The notes: generated by a model not told the origin, from the sequence alone. 64,000 bases of DNA from an uncultured Gemmatimonadales bacterium (GCA_963741945.1 CAVUKA010000006.1:160001-224000), one strand, 5' to 3'; shown: positions 1 through 9,748, counted from the first letter of the stretch. Made by a program: numbers and translations.

Positions 1-765
1 AAGCGCCTGAACGCCAAGATGTACCGGGAGGCGAAGCGGCTCGGGGTGAAGTGGATCCTGGGCGGGGAGTGCGGCCACATGTGGCGGGTCGTCAACCAGT
101 ACATGGACACCGTGAATGGGCCCGCCGACTTCCTGGAAGTTCCGAAGTCGCCGGTGACGGGCACGGTGTTCGAGAACGCCCGCTCGACCAAGATGGTCCA
201 CCTGATGGAGTTCCTGGCGGACGTGATCCGGCACGACAAGCTCGAGCTGGACCCGTCGAGGAACGATCACAACAGCGTCACGTTCCACGACTCCTGCAAC
301 CCCGCGCGTGCCATGGGGATCTTCGAGGAGCCGCGCTACGTGATCCGGAACGTGTGCAACCACTTCCACGAGATGCCCGCCAATACGATCCGCGAACAGA
401 CGTTCTGCTGCGGTGGCGGGGCCGGTCTCGGCACGGACGAGAACATGGAAATGCGGCTCCGGGGCGGCATGCCGCGCGGGCTGGCCGTGCGCCACGTGCA
501 GGAGAAGCATGGCGTCAACCAGCTGGCGGCGATGTGCGCCATTGACCGCGCCACGCTGAGCACGGTGTGCGACTACTGGGCTCCCGGCGTCCAGGTGACG
601 GGGATCAGTGAGCTGGTGGCCAACGCCACGGTGTTCAAGGGAGAGAAGCGCCGGACCGTGAATCTGCGTCTGGAGCCGATCCCGGGGATGGAAGAAGAGC
701 CGGAAACAGACGAGCCGCTGACCGAGCCAATGCCGGTGGTGGCGGGAGGTGCCGTCCATGGGTGA
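1..765 (+). CDS. dsrK: DsrK, HdrD-like CCG-domain Fe-S subunit (5'-truncated by window edge)
   Basis: Open frame from base 1. Motifs GECGHMWR, TFHDSCN, TFCCGGGAG and MCAID. Immediately upstream of dsrJOP. Confidence 0.93.
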   Translation, partial: KRLNAKMYREAKRLGVKWILGGECGHMWRVVNQYMDTVNGPADFLEVPKSPVTGTVFENARSTKMVHLMEFLADVIRHDKLELDPSRNDHNSVTFHDSCNPARAMGIFEEPRYVIRNVCNHFHEMPANTIREQTFCCGGGAGLGTDENMEMRLRGGMPRGLAVRHVQEKHGVNQLAAMCAIDRATLSTVCDYWAPGVQVTGISELVANATVFKGEKRRTVNLRLEPIPGMEEEPETDEPLTEPMPVVAGGAVHG

Positions 766-1126
766 CCGCAAGTGGATCTACACGGGGCTGGGTCTTTTCC
801 TGGCCATCGCGCTGCTCCCGGTCTGGCTCGGGATGACGTCCGGCACCGAGCGGACGCCGCCGGTCCTCGTACTCCCCGACAGCGGGAGCTGCATCGAAGA
901 CACGACGTTCATGATCCCGAACCACCCCGCCCTCCTGAGCGACTGGCGGACGCGCGTGGTGCGCGACGGGGAACGGGATTTCACCGCCTCGGACGGCCAT
1001 GTCTACACCATGAGCCTGACCGGTACGTGCATGAACTGCCACGACAGCCGCGCGACGTTCTGCCAGCGCTGTCACGACTACGCGAACGTTCAGCCCACCT
1101 GCTGGAACTGCCATGTCGAACCGTGA
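758..1126 (+). CDS. dsrJ: DsrJ triheme cytochrome c
   Basis: GGAGG RBS at 745-749 and ATG at 758. N-terminal TM helix, three CxxCH motifs (CMNCH, CQRCH, CWNCH), and conserved 'H..LL..WR..VVR.G.R'. Confidence 0.93.
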   Translation: MGDRKWIYTGLGLFLAIALLPVWLGMTSGTERTPPVLVLPDSGSCIEDTTFMIPNHPALLSDWRTRVVRDGERDFTASDGHVYTMSLTGTCMNCHDSRATFCQRCHDYANVQPTCWNCHVEP

Positions 1127-1961
1127 TCGCGAGGAAGGGCCCCGGCAGGGGACCGATCGGCGCACGTTCCTGAAGGAAGCGGGATCAGCCGCGCTCGGAC
1201 TGGGCTGGGGACTGCCGATTCTGAGCGCAGCCTGTCGCCCGGCCACGGCCGCAACGGCGATGCAGGCCGGGGCCGGCGAAGCCGCCGGGCGTCAGCTGGG
1301 GCTGGTGGTGGACGTGGAGAAGTGCCGGTCCGCCGCCGTGCAGCAGGCGGCTACGGAAGCGTGCCGCCGGGCGCACAACATCCCGCGCATCCCGGATCCC
1401 GAGGACGAGGTGAAGTGGATCTGGAGCGAAAAGTACGAGCACGTGTTCGAGGACCGTGTGCACGACCGCATGCCGGAACGGCTTCTCGAGACGCCGGTGC
1501 TCGTGCTCTGCAACCACTGCACGAACCCGCCGTGTGTGCGCGTGTGCCCCACACAGGCCACGTGGAAGCGGGAGTCCGACGGCATCGTGATGATGGACAT
1601 GCACCGCTGCATTGGCTGCCGGTACTGCATGGCCGCGTGTCCGTTCGGTGCCCGCAGCTTCAACTGGCGCGACCCCAGGCCCTACGTGGAGACCGACGGG
1701 GATGGGAAGTACGCCTCCGACTACCCGACGCGGACGCGTGGGGTGGTGGAGAAGTGCGACCTGTGCGCCGAGCGTCTGCGCGACGGCAAGCTGCCGGCGT
1801 GCGTGGAAGCGGTGACGTCCCTGCCGGAAGGGGAAGGGGCGCTGCTATTCGGGGAAGTGACGGATCCGTCGTCCGAAGTGAGTCGCGTACTGAGCGAGAG
1901 GGACAGTGCGGTCCGGCGAGCCGAGCTCGGCACCGGTCCGAACGTCTATTACCTGATCTGA
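1113..1961 (+). CDS. dsrO: DsrO periplasmic Fe-S protein
   Basis: Tat motif TDRRTFLK. Cys motifs CNHCTNPPCVRVCP, CIGCRYCMAACP and KCDLC. Ends with GPNVYY. Confidence 0.93.
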   Translation: MSNRDREEGPRQGTDRRTFLKEAGSAALGLGWGLPILSAACRPATAATAMQAGAGEAAGRQLGLVVDVEKCRSAAVQQAATEACRRAHNIPRIPDPEDEVKWIWSEKYEHVFEDRVHDRMPERLLETPVLVLCNHCTNPPCVRVCPTQATWKRESDGIVMMDMHRCIGCRYCMAACPFGARSFNWRDPRPYVETDGDGKYASDYPTRTRGVVEKCDLCAERLRDGKLPACVEAVTSLPEGEGALLFGEVTDPSSEVSRVLSERDSAVRRAELGTGPNVYYLI

Positions 1962-2001
1962 GGCGCGTCCCGGCCTGATCCGGGACAACCGTGAGGTGGA
2001 C

Positions 2002-3162
2002 ATGCTGGAAGCGGCATTTCGCGGGGGCAGGCGGTACTGGACGCTGATGGCCATATGGGCCGTGCTCATCACCATCGGCGTGCTGGCCTATGGCCGTCAA
2101 TTCAGTGAGGGGCTCACCGTGACCGGGATGAGCCGCGACGTGACGTGGGGGCTCTACATCGCGCAGTTCACGTTCCTCGTGGGCGTGGCCGCCTCCGCGG
2201 TCATGGTGGTGCTCCCGTATTACCTGCACGACTACAAGACCTTCGGGAAGCTGGTGGTGCTGGGCGAGTTCCTGGCCGTGTCCGCCGTGATCATGTGCAT
2301 GGCGTTCATCTTCGTCGACATGGGCCAGCCGCGGCGCGTGCTCAACATCTTCCTCCACCCGACTCCGAACTCGGTCATGTTCTGGGACAGCGTGGTCCTG
2401 TTCGGCTATCTCGTCCTCAACCTGGTCATCGGCGCCACCACGTTCGACGCCGAGCGCAAGGGCGCCCCCCCGCCCCGCTGGGTGAAGCCGCTCATCTACC
2501 TGTCCATTCCGTGGGCGGTGAGCATTCATACGGTGACCGCGTTCCTATACTCGGGGCTGGAAGCCCGGACGTTCTGGATGACGGCGATTCTGGCGCCGCG
2601 CTTCCTGGCCTCCGCGTTCGCGTCCGGTCCCAGCCTGCTGATCCTGCTGGCTGTCCTGCTCCGGCATACCACCCGGTTCGACGCGGGGCAGAAAGCCATT
2701 GGCAAGCTCGCGGTGATCGTCACGTACGCCCTGACCATCAACCTGTTCTTCGTGGTCGTGGAGCTGTTCACGGGCCTGTACAGCGACATGCCCGGACACA
2801 TGCGCGCGTTCCAGTACCTCTACCTGGGGATCGAGGGGCACACGGCCCTGGTCCCGTGGATGTGGACCAACGCCGCGCTCACCCTCGTCTGCGTGGGGCT
2901 GTTGATGACGCCTGCGGTGCGCCGACGCGAGGGGCTGCTGGCCGCCACGGCCGTGGCGGTGATCGTCGCCGTGTGGATCGAGAAGGGGATGGGGCTCGTG
3001 ATCGGCGGCTTCATTCCGAACCCGCTCGGCCATGTCACGGAGTACGCTCCCACCCTTCCGGAGATCGCCATCACGGTGGGGGTCTACGCGATGGGATTCA
3101 TGATCCTGACCCTGCTGGTCCGGATCGTCGTGAATGTTAGAGAGGCACTCGAAGCGGCCTGA
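2002..3162 (+). CDS. dsrP: DsrP NrfD/PsrC-family membrane subunit
   Basis: TGMSRDVTWGLYIAQFTFLVGVAASAV and SIPWAVSIHTVTAF, about 10 TM segments. Start could be GTG 1996. Confidence 0.93.
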   Translation: MLEAAFRGGRRYWTLMAIWAVLITIGVLAYGRQFSEGLTVTGMSRDVTWGLYIAQFTFLVGVAASAVMVVLPYYLHDYKTFGKLVVLGEFLAVSAVIMCMAFIFVDMGQPRRVLNIFLHPTPNSVMFWDSVVLFGYLVLNLVIGATTFDAERKGAPPPRWVKPLIYLSIPWAVSIHTVTAFLYSGLEARTFWMTAILAPRFLASAFASGPSLLILLAVLLRHTTRFDAGQKAIGKLAVIVTYALTINLFFVVVELFTGLYSDMPGHMRAFQYLYLGIEGHTALVPWMWTNAALTLVCVGLLMTPAVRRREGLLAATAVAVIVAVWIEKGMGLVIGGFIPNPLGHVTEYAPTLPEIAITVGVYAMGFMILTLLVRIVVNVREALEAA

Positions 3163-3211
3163 CACGGGGGTGTCAGAAGACCGCCCCGATACCCGGTGAA
3201 AGGAGATCAGG

Positions 3212-4456
3212 ATGGCAGACGCCAAACGAAACGGCACCCCTCTCCTGGACGAACTGGACAAGGGCCCATGGCCTTCGTTCGTCCGGCAGATCAAGGAGAT
3301 GGCCGACGAGAAGGAGCAGTGCGGACAGCTGCTGGAGCTGCTCGAGCGCTCCTACGAGGAGAAGAAGGGTCACTGGAAGCACGGCGGCATCGTCGGCGTG
3401 ATGGGATATGGCGGCGGGGTGATCGGGCGTTACAACGACGACCCGGAGAGCTACCCGGCGATCGCGCACTTCCACACGCTGCGGGTGAATCAGCCGAGCG
3501 GCTGGTTCTACACCGCGGACGTGCTGAACAAGATCTGCGACATCTGGGATGAGCACGGCTCCGGGCTGACGAACATGCACGGCTCGACCGGTGACATGGT
3601 GCTCCTGGGCACCACCACCGACGAGTTGGAGCCGACGTTCGCAGCGCTCAGCGAGATCGACTTCGACCTGGGCGGCAGTGGCTCGGACGTGCGCACGCCG
3701 AGCGCCTGTGTGGGCCCGGCCCGCTGCGAGTGGGCATGCTACGACACGCTCGACCTGTGCAACGACCTGACCCAGACGTACCAGGACGAGCTGCACCGGC
3801 CGGCCTTCCCGTACAAGTGGAAGTTCAAGTGCTCCGGCTGCCCGAACGACTGCGTGGCGTCCATCGCCCGCTCCGACATGGCGATCATCGGCACGTGGCG
3901 CGACGACATCCGCATTGATGCCGATGCGGTGACGGCGTACGCCGAGGCCGGGATGAACATCGAGCGGGACGTGGTGGGCAAGTGCCCGACGGGCTGCATG
4001 GAGTGGGATGGGCAGACGCTGGCGATCGACAACAGCAACTGCGTCAACTGCATGCACTGCATCAACGCCATGCCGAAGGCGCTGCGGCCCGGTGTGGACA
4101 CGGGTGCGACGATCCTGGTCGGCGCGAAGGCGCCCATCGTGGAAGGTGCGCAGCTCGCGTCGGTGATGGTGCCGTTCATGAAGATGGAGCCGCCGTACGA
4201 GGAGCTGAAGGACCTCACCGAGCGGATCTGGGACTTCTGGGGCGAGAACGGGAAGAACCGCGAGCGCGTGGGCGAGCTGATCCAGCGCGTGGGGCTGGGC
4301 AACTTCCTCGAGGCGATCGAGCTGGATCCGATCCCGCAGATGATCGCGCACCCGAGAGACAACCCGTACGTGTTCTACGAGGAATACTACGAGGAAGAGG
4401 AAGAAGAAGAAGAAGTGGCGGAAGCGCCGGACGCCGTGCCCGCGGGAGGGGCATGA
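3212..4456 (+). CDS. dsrA: Dissimilatory sulfite reductase alpha subunit
   Basis: TPLLDEL..GPWPSFV and [21 protein letters not shown]. Siroheme-Fe4S4 Cys motifs [11 protein letters not shown] and KCSGCPNDC. Ferredoxin motif [12 protein letters not shown]. Confidence 0.98.
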   Translation: MADAKRNGTPLLDELDKGPWPSFVRQIKEMADEKEQCGQLLELLERSYEEKKGHWKHGGIVGVMGYGGGVIGRYNDDPESYPAIAHFHTLRVNQPSGWFYTADVLNKICDIWDEHGSGLTNMHGSTGDMVLLGTTTDELEPTFAALSEIDFDLGGSGSDVRTPSACVGPARCEWACYDTLDLCNDLTQTYQDELHRPAFPYKWKFKCSGCPNDCVASIARSDMAIIGTWRDDIRIDADAVTAYAEAGMNIERDVVGKCPTGCMEWDGQTLAIDNSNCVNCMHCINAMPKALRPGVDTGATILVGAKAPIVEGAQLASVMVPFMKMEPPYEELKDLTERIWDFWGENGKNRERVGELIQRVGLGNFLEAIELDPIPQMIAHPRDNPYVFYEEYYEEEEEEEEVAEAPDAVPAGGA

Positions 4457-4515
4457 TCGGCCGGACCGTCTTCAATTGACCGCGCTTTGAACCATAGAAC
4501 GTGAGGAGAGATTCG

Positions 4516-5595
4516 ATGGCGACGGAACAGAGACGAACCGATTTCGGGCCACCCGATTTTCGGCGCTTCCTCCCGCCCGTGATCAAGGAGAACTACGGGA
4601 AGTGGAAGTACCACGAGATCCTGAAGCCCGGCGTGATGGTGCACGTGGCCGAGTCCGGCGACGAGCTGATCACGGTGCGGGCGGGGTCGCCCCGACTGCT
4701 GAGCACGAAGCGGATCCGGAAGTACTCGGACCTGGCCACGAAGTATTGCGACGGCTTCCTCCGCTTCACGAGCCGGCACAACGTGGAGTTCCTGCTGACG
4801 AAGCGGGAGAACGTGGACCCGCTGATCGCGGATCTGGCGGAGCTGGGTCATCCGGTGGGCGGGATCGGCCCGGCCATCTCCAGCATCGTGCACACGCAGG
4901 GGTGGGTGCACTGTCACTCGGCGGCCACGGACGCATCGGGCGTGGTGAAGGCCGTGATGGACGACCTGCACGAGTTCTTCGACGGGACGCGGCCGATCCC
5001 GGGCAAGCTGCGCGTCGCGCTGGCGTGCTGCCTGAACATGTGCGGCGCCGTGCACTGCTCGGACATCGCGATCCTGGGCGTGCACCGTCGTCCGCCGAAG
5101 GTGCAGGACGACAACCTGAACAAGCTGTGCGAGATCCCGAACGTGATCGCGTCGTGCCCGACGGGTGCGATCCGTCCGGCCACGGTGAACGGCAAGCAGA
5201 CGGTGGAGATCGAGGAAGAGAACTGCATGTTCTGCGCGAACTGCTTCTCGGTCTGCCCGGCGCTCCCCATCGCCGACCCGCTGAACGACGGCGTGAGCAT
5301 CTGGGTGGGTGGCAAGGTCTCGAACGCACGGCACGAGCCGATGTTCTCCAAGCTCGCGATCCCGTTCATCGAGAACGAGCCGCCGCGCTGGCCGACGGTG
5401 GTGCAGAGCGTCCGGAAGATCGTCGAGGTCTGGGCGGACGGCGCGCGGCCGTACGAGCGGATGGGCGAGTTCATCGAGCGGATCGGTTGGCCGAAGTTCT
5501 TCGAGCTGGCCGACATCGAGTTCACGAAGGAGCACATCGACGACTACCGGTACGCCGGTCTGACGTACAAGCGCTCCACGCAGTTGAGGCACTAG
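4516..5595 (+). CDS. dsrB: Dissimilatory sulfite reductase beta subunit
   Basis: RBS GAGGAG and ATG 4516. Motifs [43 protein letters not shown] and NEPPRWP. Confidence 0.98.
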   Translation: MATEQRRTDFGPPDFRRFLPPVIKENYGKWKYHEILKPGVMVHVAESGDELITVRAGSPRLLSTKRIRKYSDLATKYCDGFLRFTSRHNVEFLLTKRENVDPLIADLAELGHPVGGIGPAISSIVHTQGWVHCHSAATDASGVVKAVMDDLHEFFDGTRPIPGKLRVALACCLNMCGAVHCSDIAILGVHRRPPKVQDDNLNKLCEIPNVIASCPTGAIRPATVNGKQTVEIEEENCMFCANCFSVCPALPIADPLNDGVSIWVGGKVSNARHEPMFSKLAIPFIENEPPRWPTVVQSVRKIVEVWADGARPYERMGEFIERIGWPKFFELADIEFTKEHIDDYRYAGLTYKRSTQLRH

Positions 5596-5603
5596 GAGGA
5601 ACA

Positions 5604-5852
5604 ATGGCTGTCACCACTGAACAGGTCGCCGACGCCATGTACCAGCTGGTGAGCGAGTACCAGGGCAAGAAGAAGTTCAAGGCCCTGGACCTCACCAAGG
5701 CGATGAAGGAGAAGTTCGGCGCGGACGCCGACCGGAACACGTGCAAGGACGCGATCCGAAGCCTGATCGACTCGGGTCGCTGCGTCTACACGTATTTCGG
5801 TGGCAGCTACATCGAGGTCCCGCACAAGGAAGGGGCTGCCGAGGGCGCCTGA
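5604..5852 (+). CDS. dsrD: DsrD (82 aa)
   Basis: AGGAGG RBS and ATG 5604 right after the dsrB stop. MAVTTEQVADAMYQLV..KKKFKALDL..KDAIRSLIDSGRCVYTYFGGSYI fits the small winged-helix DsrD pattern and position. Confidence 0.85.
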   Translation: MAVTTEQVADAMYQLVSEYQGKKKFKALDLTKAMKEKFGADADRNTCKDAIRSLIDSGRCVYTYFGGSYIEVPHKEGAAEGA

Positions 5853-5894
5853 CGCCCCGAGCGGTCGCTGCGGGAATACACGAAGCACCCGACT

Positions 5895-5920
5895 CCGTCG
5901 CCCCCTCCGGGGGGCGGCGG
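5895..5920 (+). other. GC-rich stem-loop between dsrD and dsrL
   Basis: CCGTCGCCCCC-TCCG-GGGGGCGGCGG, an 11-bp stem with one G-U pair and no U-tract. Confidence 0.5.
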
Positions 5921-5968
5921 GGGATGGGCTGAACGATACGAGCGTGAACCGGTCGCGTGAGGTGACGT

Positions 5969-7648
5969 ATGGCTGTCAAGAAAGTAGTCAAGAAGAAGAA
6001 GTCGTTCGGTTCCCGCGGAGGCGGGGGCGGGCGCGAGCAGTCACCGCTGCGGCCGAAGCACGTGGAGAAGCGTCCCCCATGTCAGGACACGTGTCCCAGC
6101 GGCAATCGCATCCGTGAATTCCTGACCACGCTGGCGCAGGCGGAAAAGCTGGGCAAGACGCGGGAGCAGGCGCTTACGGAGGCGTGGGAGATCTACACGG
6201 ACACGAGTCCCTTCCCATCGGTGTGCGGGCGTGTCTGCCCCGCGCCGTGCGAAACGGAATGCAACCGTCGCGAGCTGGATGGCGCGCTGAGCGTGAACAA
6301 GGTCGAGCGTTCCATCGGCGAGTGGGGACTGGAGCAGAAGCTGGGGCTGAAGCGCCTGTCGGAGGAGATGAAGCCGCAGAAGGTGGCGGTGGTGGGCGGC
6401 GGGCCGAGTGGCCTGTCGTGCGCGTACCAGCTGGCGCGCCGGGGCTACGGGGTCACGGTGTTCGAGGCCATGGAGAAGGCGGGCGGGATGCTGCGCTACG
6501 GCATTCCGGGCTACCGTCTTCCGGAGCCGGTGCTGGACCAGGAGATCCAGCGGATCCTGGATCTCGGCGTGGAGCTGGAGACGGGCGTGAAGATCGGGCA
6601 GCAGATCACGATGCCCGAGCTGCGAGAGCGCTTCGACGCGGTGTACGTGGCGCTGGGGGCGCAGCAGGGCGTGCGCCTGGGCGTCGAGGGGGAGGACGCG
6701 CCGAACGTGTTCAGCGGCGTGGATTTCCTGAACCGGTTCCATCACGGGGAGAAGCTGGATCTGGGGCCGGACGTGGTGGCGATCGTGGTGGGCGGTGGGG
6801 ACACGGCCATCGACGCCGCGCGCATCGCGAAGCGGCTCGGCGCGAACGTGACGGTCCTCTACCGGCGGACGCTCGATGAGATGCCGGCGGTGAGGGAGGA
6901 AGTGGAGGAGGCGATCGCCGAGGGCGTGAAAGTGGAGTTCCTGGCCGCGCCGGTGGGCTTCGTGAAGGAGAACGGCCGCGTCACGGCGATGCGGGCGATC
7001 CGGATGGAGCTGGGCGAGCCTGATACGTCCGGGCGTCGTCGCCCGGTGCCGATCGAGGGTTCGGAGTTCGAGATCCCGGCCAGTGCGGTCATCTCGGCGG
7101 TGAGCCAGGCGCCGGACTTCACCGGCTTCGAGGACCTGATCGAGGGCAGGGACTGGGTGAAGGTGAACGACCGCGGCGCTACGAAGGTGGATGGCGTGTG
7201 GGCGGGCGGTGACGTAACGCGGCTGGCGCTGGTGACGGACGCCATCGGCCAGGGTCGTCGCGCGGCCGAGTCCATTGTCAGTGCCTTCACGGGCGAGTCG
7301 GTTCCGGTGGACACGCGGAAGGTGATCCGCACGGACAAGATGATCCTGGACCATTACGAGAAGAAGGCCAGGAACGAGCCGGCGACGCTCGAGGTGGACA
7401 AGCGGTTCGATGCCGTGGACCGGGAGGTGAACCTCGGCCTCACCATGGACGAGGCCTTTGACGAGGCCACGCGCTGCATGAGCTGCGGCTACTGCTTCGA
7501 CTGCGAGAAGTGCTGGATGTACTGCTCGGAGGCGGGAATCGAGAAGCCGCCGCAGAAGGGGCAGCTGTACATCTTCAAGCTGGGCAAGTGCACCGGGTGC
7601 GCCAAGTGCGCCGAGATCTGCCCCTGCGGGTTCATCGAAATGGCGTGA
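5969..7648 (+). CDS. dsrL: DsrL Fe-S flavoprotein (DsrL-2-like, NADP(H)-type)
   Basis: GltD-like PPCQDTCP and CGRVCPAPCETECNR, two Rossmann motifs (GGGPSG, GGGDTA), YRR at 6860-6868. C-terminal ferredoxin domain CMSCGYCFDCEKC..C / CTGCAKCAEICPCG. Follows dsrABD. Confidence 0.92.
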   Translation: MAVKKVVKKKKSFGSRGGGGGREQSPLRPKHVEKRPPCQDTCPSGNRIREFLTTLAQAEKLGKTREQALTEAWEIYTDTSPFPSVCGRVCPAPCETECNRRELDGALSVNKVERSIGEWGLEQKLGLKRLSEEMKPQKVAVVGGGPSGLSCAYQLARRGYGVTVFEAMEKAGGMLRYGIPGYRLPEPVLDQEIQRILDLGVELETGVKIGQQITMPELRERFDAVYVALGAQQGVRLGVEGEDAPNVFSGVDFLNRFHHGEKLDLGPDVVAIVVGGGDTAIDAARIAKRLGANVTVLYRRTLDEMPAVREEVEEAIAEGVKVEFLAAPVGFVKENGRVTAMRAIRMELGEPDTSGRRRPVPIEGSEFEIPASAVISAVSQAPDFTGFEDLIEGRDWVKVNDRGATKVDGVWAGGDVTRLALVTDAIGQGRRAAESIVSAFTGESVPVDTRKVIRTDKMILDHYEKKARNEPATLEVDKRFDAVDREVNLGLTMDEAFDEATRCMSCGYCFDCEKCWMYCSEAGIEKPPQKGQLYIFKLGKCTGCAKCAEICPCGFIEMA

Positions 7649-7652
7649 TGCC

Positions 7653-9077
7653 ATGACGACGCCCCGGGTTCTCGTAGCCGGACTTCGCGGCGGGAGCGGC
7701 AAAACGCTCCTCGCTGTGGGACTCGAGGACGCGTGGCGGCGGCGTGGGCTGCGGGTGGTCCCCTTCAAGAAGGGGCCGGACTACATCGATGCGGCATGGT
7801 CCTCCGCGGCCGCGGGGAGGCCATGCCGCAATCTGGACCTTTTCCTCCACTCCCCGGACATGGCCGTCCGCTCGTTCATCGGCGGGTCGGGCGACGCCGA
7901 TGTGGCGGTCATCGAGGGCAACCGCGGCCTGTTCGACGGCGCGGACGCCCAGGGTTCCTGCAGCACTGCGGAGCTGGCCAAACTCCTGCGCGCGCCGGTG
8001 GTGCTCGTGGTGGACTGCACGAAGGTGACGCGAACCGTGGCCGCCACCGTCCTCGGGTGCCAGCACCTGGACCCGGCCGTGGACATTCGCGGGGTGGTGC
8101 TGAACCAGACGGCCGGACTCCGGCACGAGGAAGTGGTGCGGGCCTCCATCGAGGACGCCACCGGGCTGCCGGTGCTCGGGGCCCTGCCCCGCCTCCGCAC
8201 CGAGATCCTCCCGGAGCGGCACCTGGGGCTCCTCCCTCCCGCGGAGCACGGCGCGCGGGCGGATGCCGTGCGGGAAGTGGGCGAGCTGGCGGAGCGATTC
8301 CTGAACCTTGACGCGATCCTGACCGTCGCCCGTTCGGCCCCGCCGCTCGCGGCGCCATCGGCCGAAGCGGCTGTGGTCCCGGACGGCTCGATCGCCGGGC
8401 CGGATCCGCGGTCCGAAATCCGGATCGGCGTCTTCCAGGACGCGGCGTTCCAGTTCTACTACCCGGAAAACCTGGAAGCGCTCGAGCGCGCCGGAGCGCG
8501 GCTGGTGGAGATCTCGCCCCTCCGGGATCGGGAGCTTCCGGACGTGGACGGTCTCTACCTGGGGGGAGGATTCCCCGAGACGCAGGCGGCGGGACTCGCG
8601 GAGAATCGATCGTTCCGGACCGCCGTGCGGGACGCGGCCATGGCAGGGATGCCGATGTACGCGGAGTGCGGCGGTGCCGTGTACCTGGGGCAGGACCTGG
8701 ACTATCAGGGAGAGCGCTATCCCATGGCGGGTGTCTTCCCGGTGGCGTTCGGGTTCCAGCAGCGGCCGCGGGGGCATGGCTATGCGGTGCTCGAGGCGGT
8801 GCAGGAGAACCCGTTCCATCCGGTCGGCACGGAGGTCCGCGGCCACGAGTTCCACTACACCTTCATGCGCGCTGCGCCGGTGGCAGAGCTCAGGTTCGCG
8901 TTCCGCGTTCGACGCGGGTACGGGTTCGACGGCGAGCACGAAGGACTGTGCCGTCAGAACGTGATGGCCTGCTACACCCACATCCACGCCCTCACGGTTC
9001 CGCAGTGGGCGCCTTCCCTGGTCCGGGCAGCCCTGCGCTTCCGGTCCGAAGCGGGCGCGGCCGCTTCGGCGCGATGA
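7653..9077 (+). CDS. dsrN: DsrN, cobyrinate a,c-diamide synthase-like siroheme amidase
   Basis: GLRGGSGKT, FKKGPDYID, IEGNRGLFDG, ERHLGL and YAECGG. Located in the dsr operon. Confidence 0.9.
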   Translation: MTTPRVLVAGLRGGSGKTLLAVGLEDAWRRRGLRVVPFKKGPDYIDAAWSSAAAGRPCRNLDLFLHSPDMAVRSFIGGSGDADVAVIEGNRGLFDGADAQGSCSTAELAKLLRAPVVLVVDCTKVTRTVAATVLGCQHLDPAVDIRGVVLNQTAGLRHEEVVRASIEDATGLPVLGALPRLRTEILPERHLGLLPPAEHGARADAVREVGELAERFLNLDAILTVARSAPPLAAPSAEAAVVPDGSIAGPDPRSEIRIGVFQDAAFQFYYPENLEALERAGARLVEISPLRDRELPDVDGLYLGGGFPETQAAGLAENRSFRTAVRDAAMAGMPMYAECGGAVYLGQDLDYQGERYPMAGVFPVAFGFQQRPRGHGYAVLEAVQENPFHPVGTEVRGHEFHYTFMRAAPVAELRFAFRVRRGYGFDGEHEGLCRQNVMACYTHIHALTVPQWAPSLVRAALRFRSEAGAAASAR

Positions 9078-9090
9078 CGGGAGAGCGAGC

Positions 9091-9744
9091 ATGGCCATCA
9101 TCACAATCTCTCGTGGATCCCTCAGCGGAGGGCGCACCGTGGCCGAGTGCTTGGCGGAGCGCCTCGGCTATCCGTGCGTGGCGCACGAAGTGCTCCGGGG
9201 GGCGGCCCGGAAGCTCGGTCTGGCGGAGGACGTCGTCCGGGACAAGTTCGAGACACCGCCCGGACTCTGGTCCCGGCTGAGCCGCGACCGGGAGATCTAC
9301 CTCCTGGCGGTGAAGACGGCGCTCGCCGACAAGTGCCGGGACGGGTGCCTGGTCTATCACGGCCCCGCGGGCCAGTTCTTCCTGGCCGGCCTCCCGGGCG
9401 TTCTTGCCGTTCGGCTCATTGCGCCGCTGCAGCAGCGGGTCCGGGCGTTGACGGGCCCACACCACCGCCTCGCGCGGAAGGCCGCGCTCGAATTCATCGA
9501 GAACGTCGACGAGGAGCGGCGCCGGTGGGCCCGGTTGATGTTCAACGCGGACGTCGAGGACCCGGGCCTCTACGACCTCACGGTGAACCAGCGCTTCCTC
9601 TCCGTGGAGACGGCGTGTGTGGCCATCGCCGAGGCCGCGGGGCAGCCCGAGCTCCAGGTCACGGAGGACGTGCTGTCGGACCTTGCTTCATTCGCGACCG
9701 CATGCCACGAGCAGCTGGACGCGCTGCTGGACGGGGAGGAGTGA
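9091..9744 (+). CDS. Cytidylate kinase-like family protein (paralog 1)
   Basis: MAIITISRGSLSGG degenerate P-loop, LVYHG, RLIAP..R and YDLTVN. Confidence 0.8.
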   Translation: MAIITISRGSLSGGRTVAECLAERLGYPCVAHEVLRGAARKLGLAEDVVRDKFETPPGLWSRLSRDREIYLLAVKTALADKCRDGCLVYHGPAGQFFLAGLPGVLAVRLIAPLQQRVRALTGPHHRLARKAALEFIENVDEERRRWARLMFNADVEDPGLYDLTVNQRFLSVETACVAIAEAAGQPELQVTEDVLSDLASFATACHEQLDALLDGEE

Positions 9745-9748
9745 GACC

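Noticed and set aside
4476-4500. TTGACC...TAGAAC between dsrA and dsrB as a promoter
   Set aside because: The spacing is only 13 nt.
4602-5603. Upstream part of the 416-aa ORF overlapping dsrB
   Set aside because: Arg/Gly-rich off-frame shadow of dsrB. Only the last 82 codons (dsrD) have an RBS and protein-like composition.
5969-7648. Glutamate synthase small subunit gltD
   Set aside because: No gltB nearby. The extra C-terminal ferredoxin domain and the position after dsrABD indicate DsrL.
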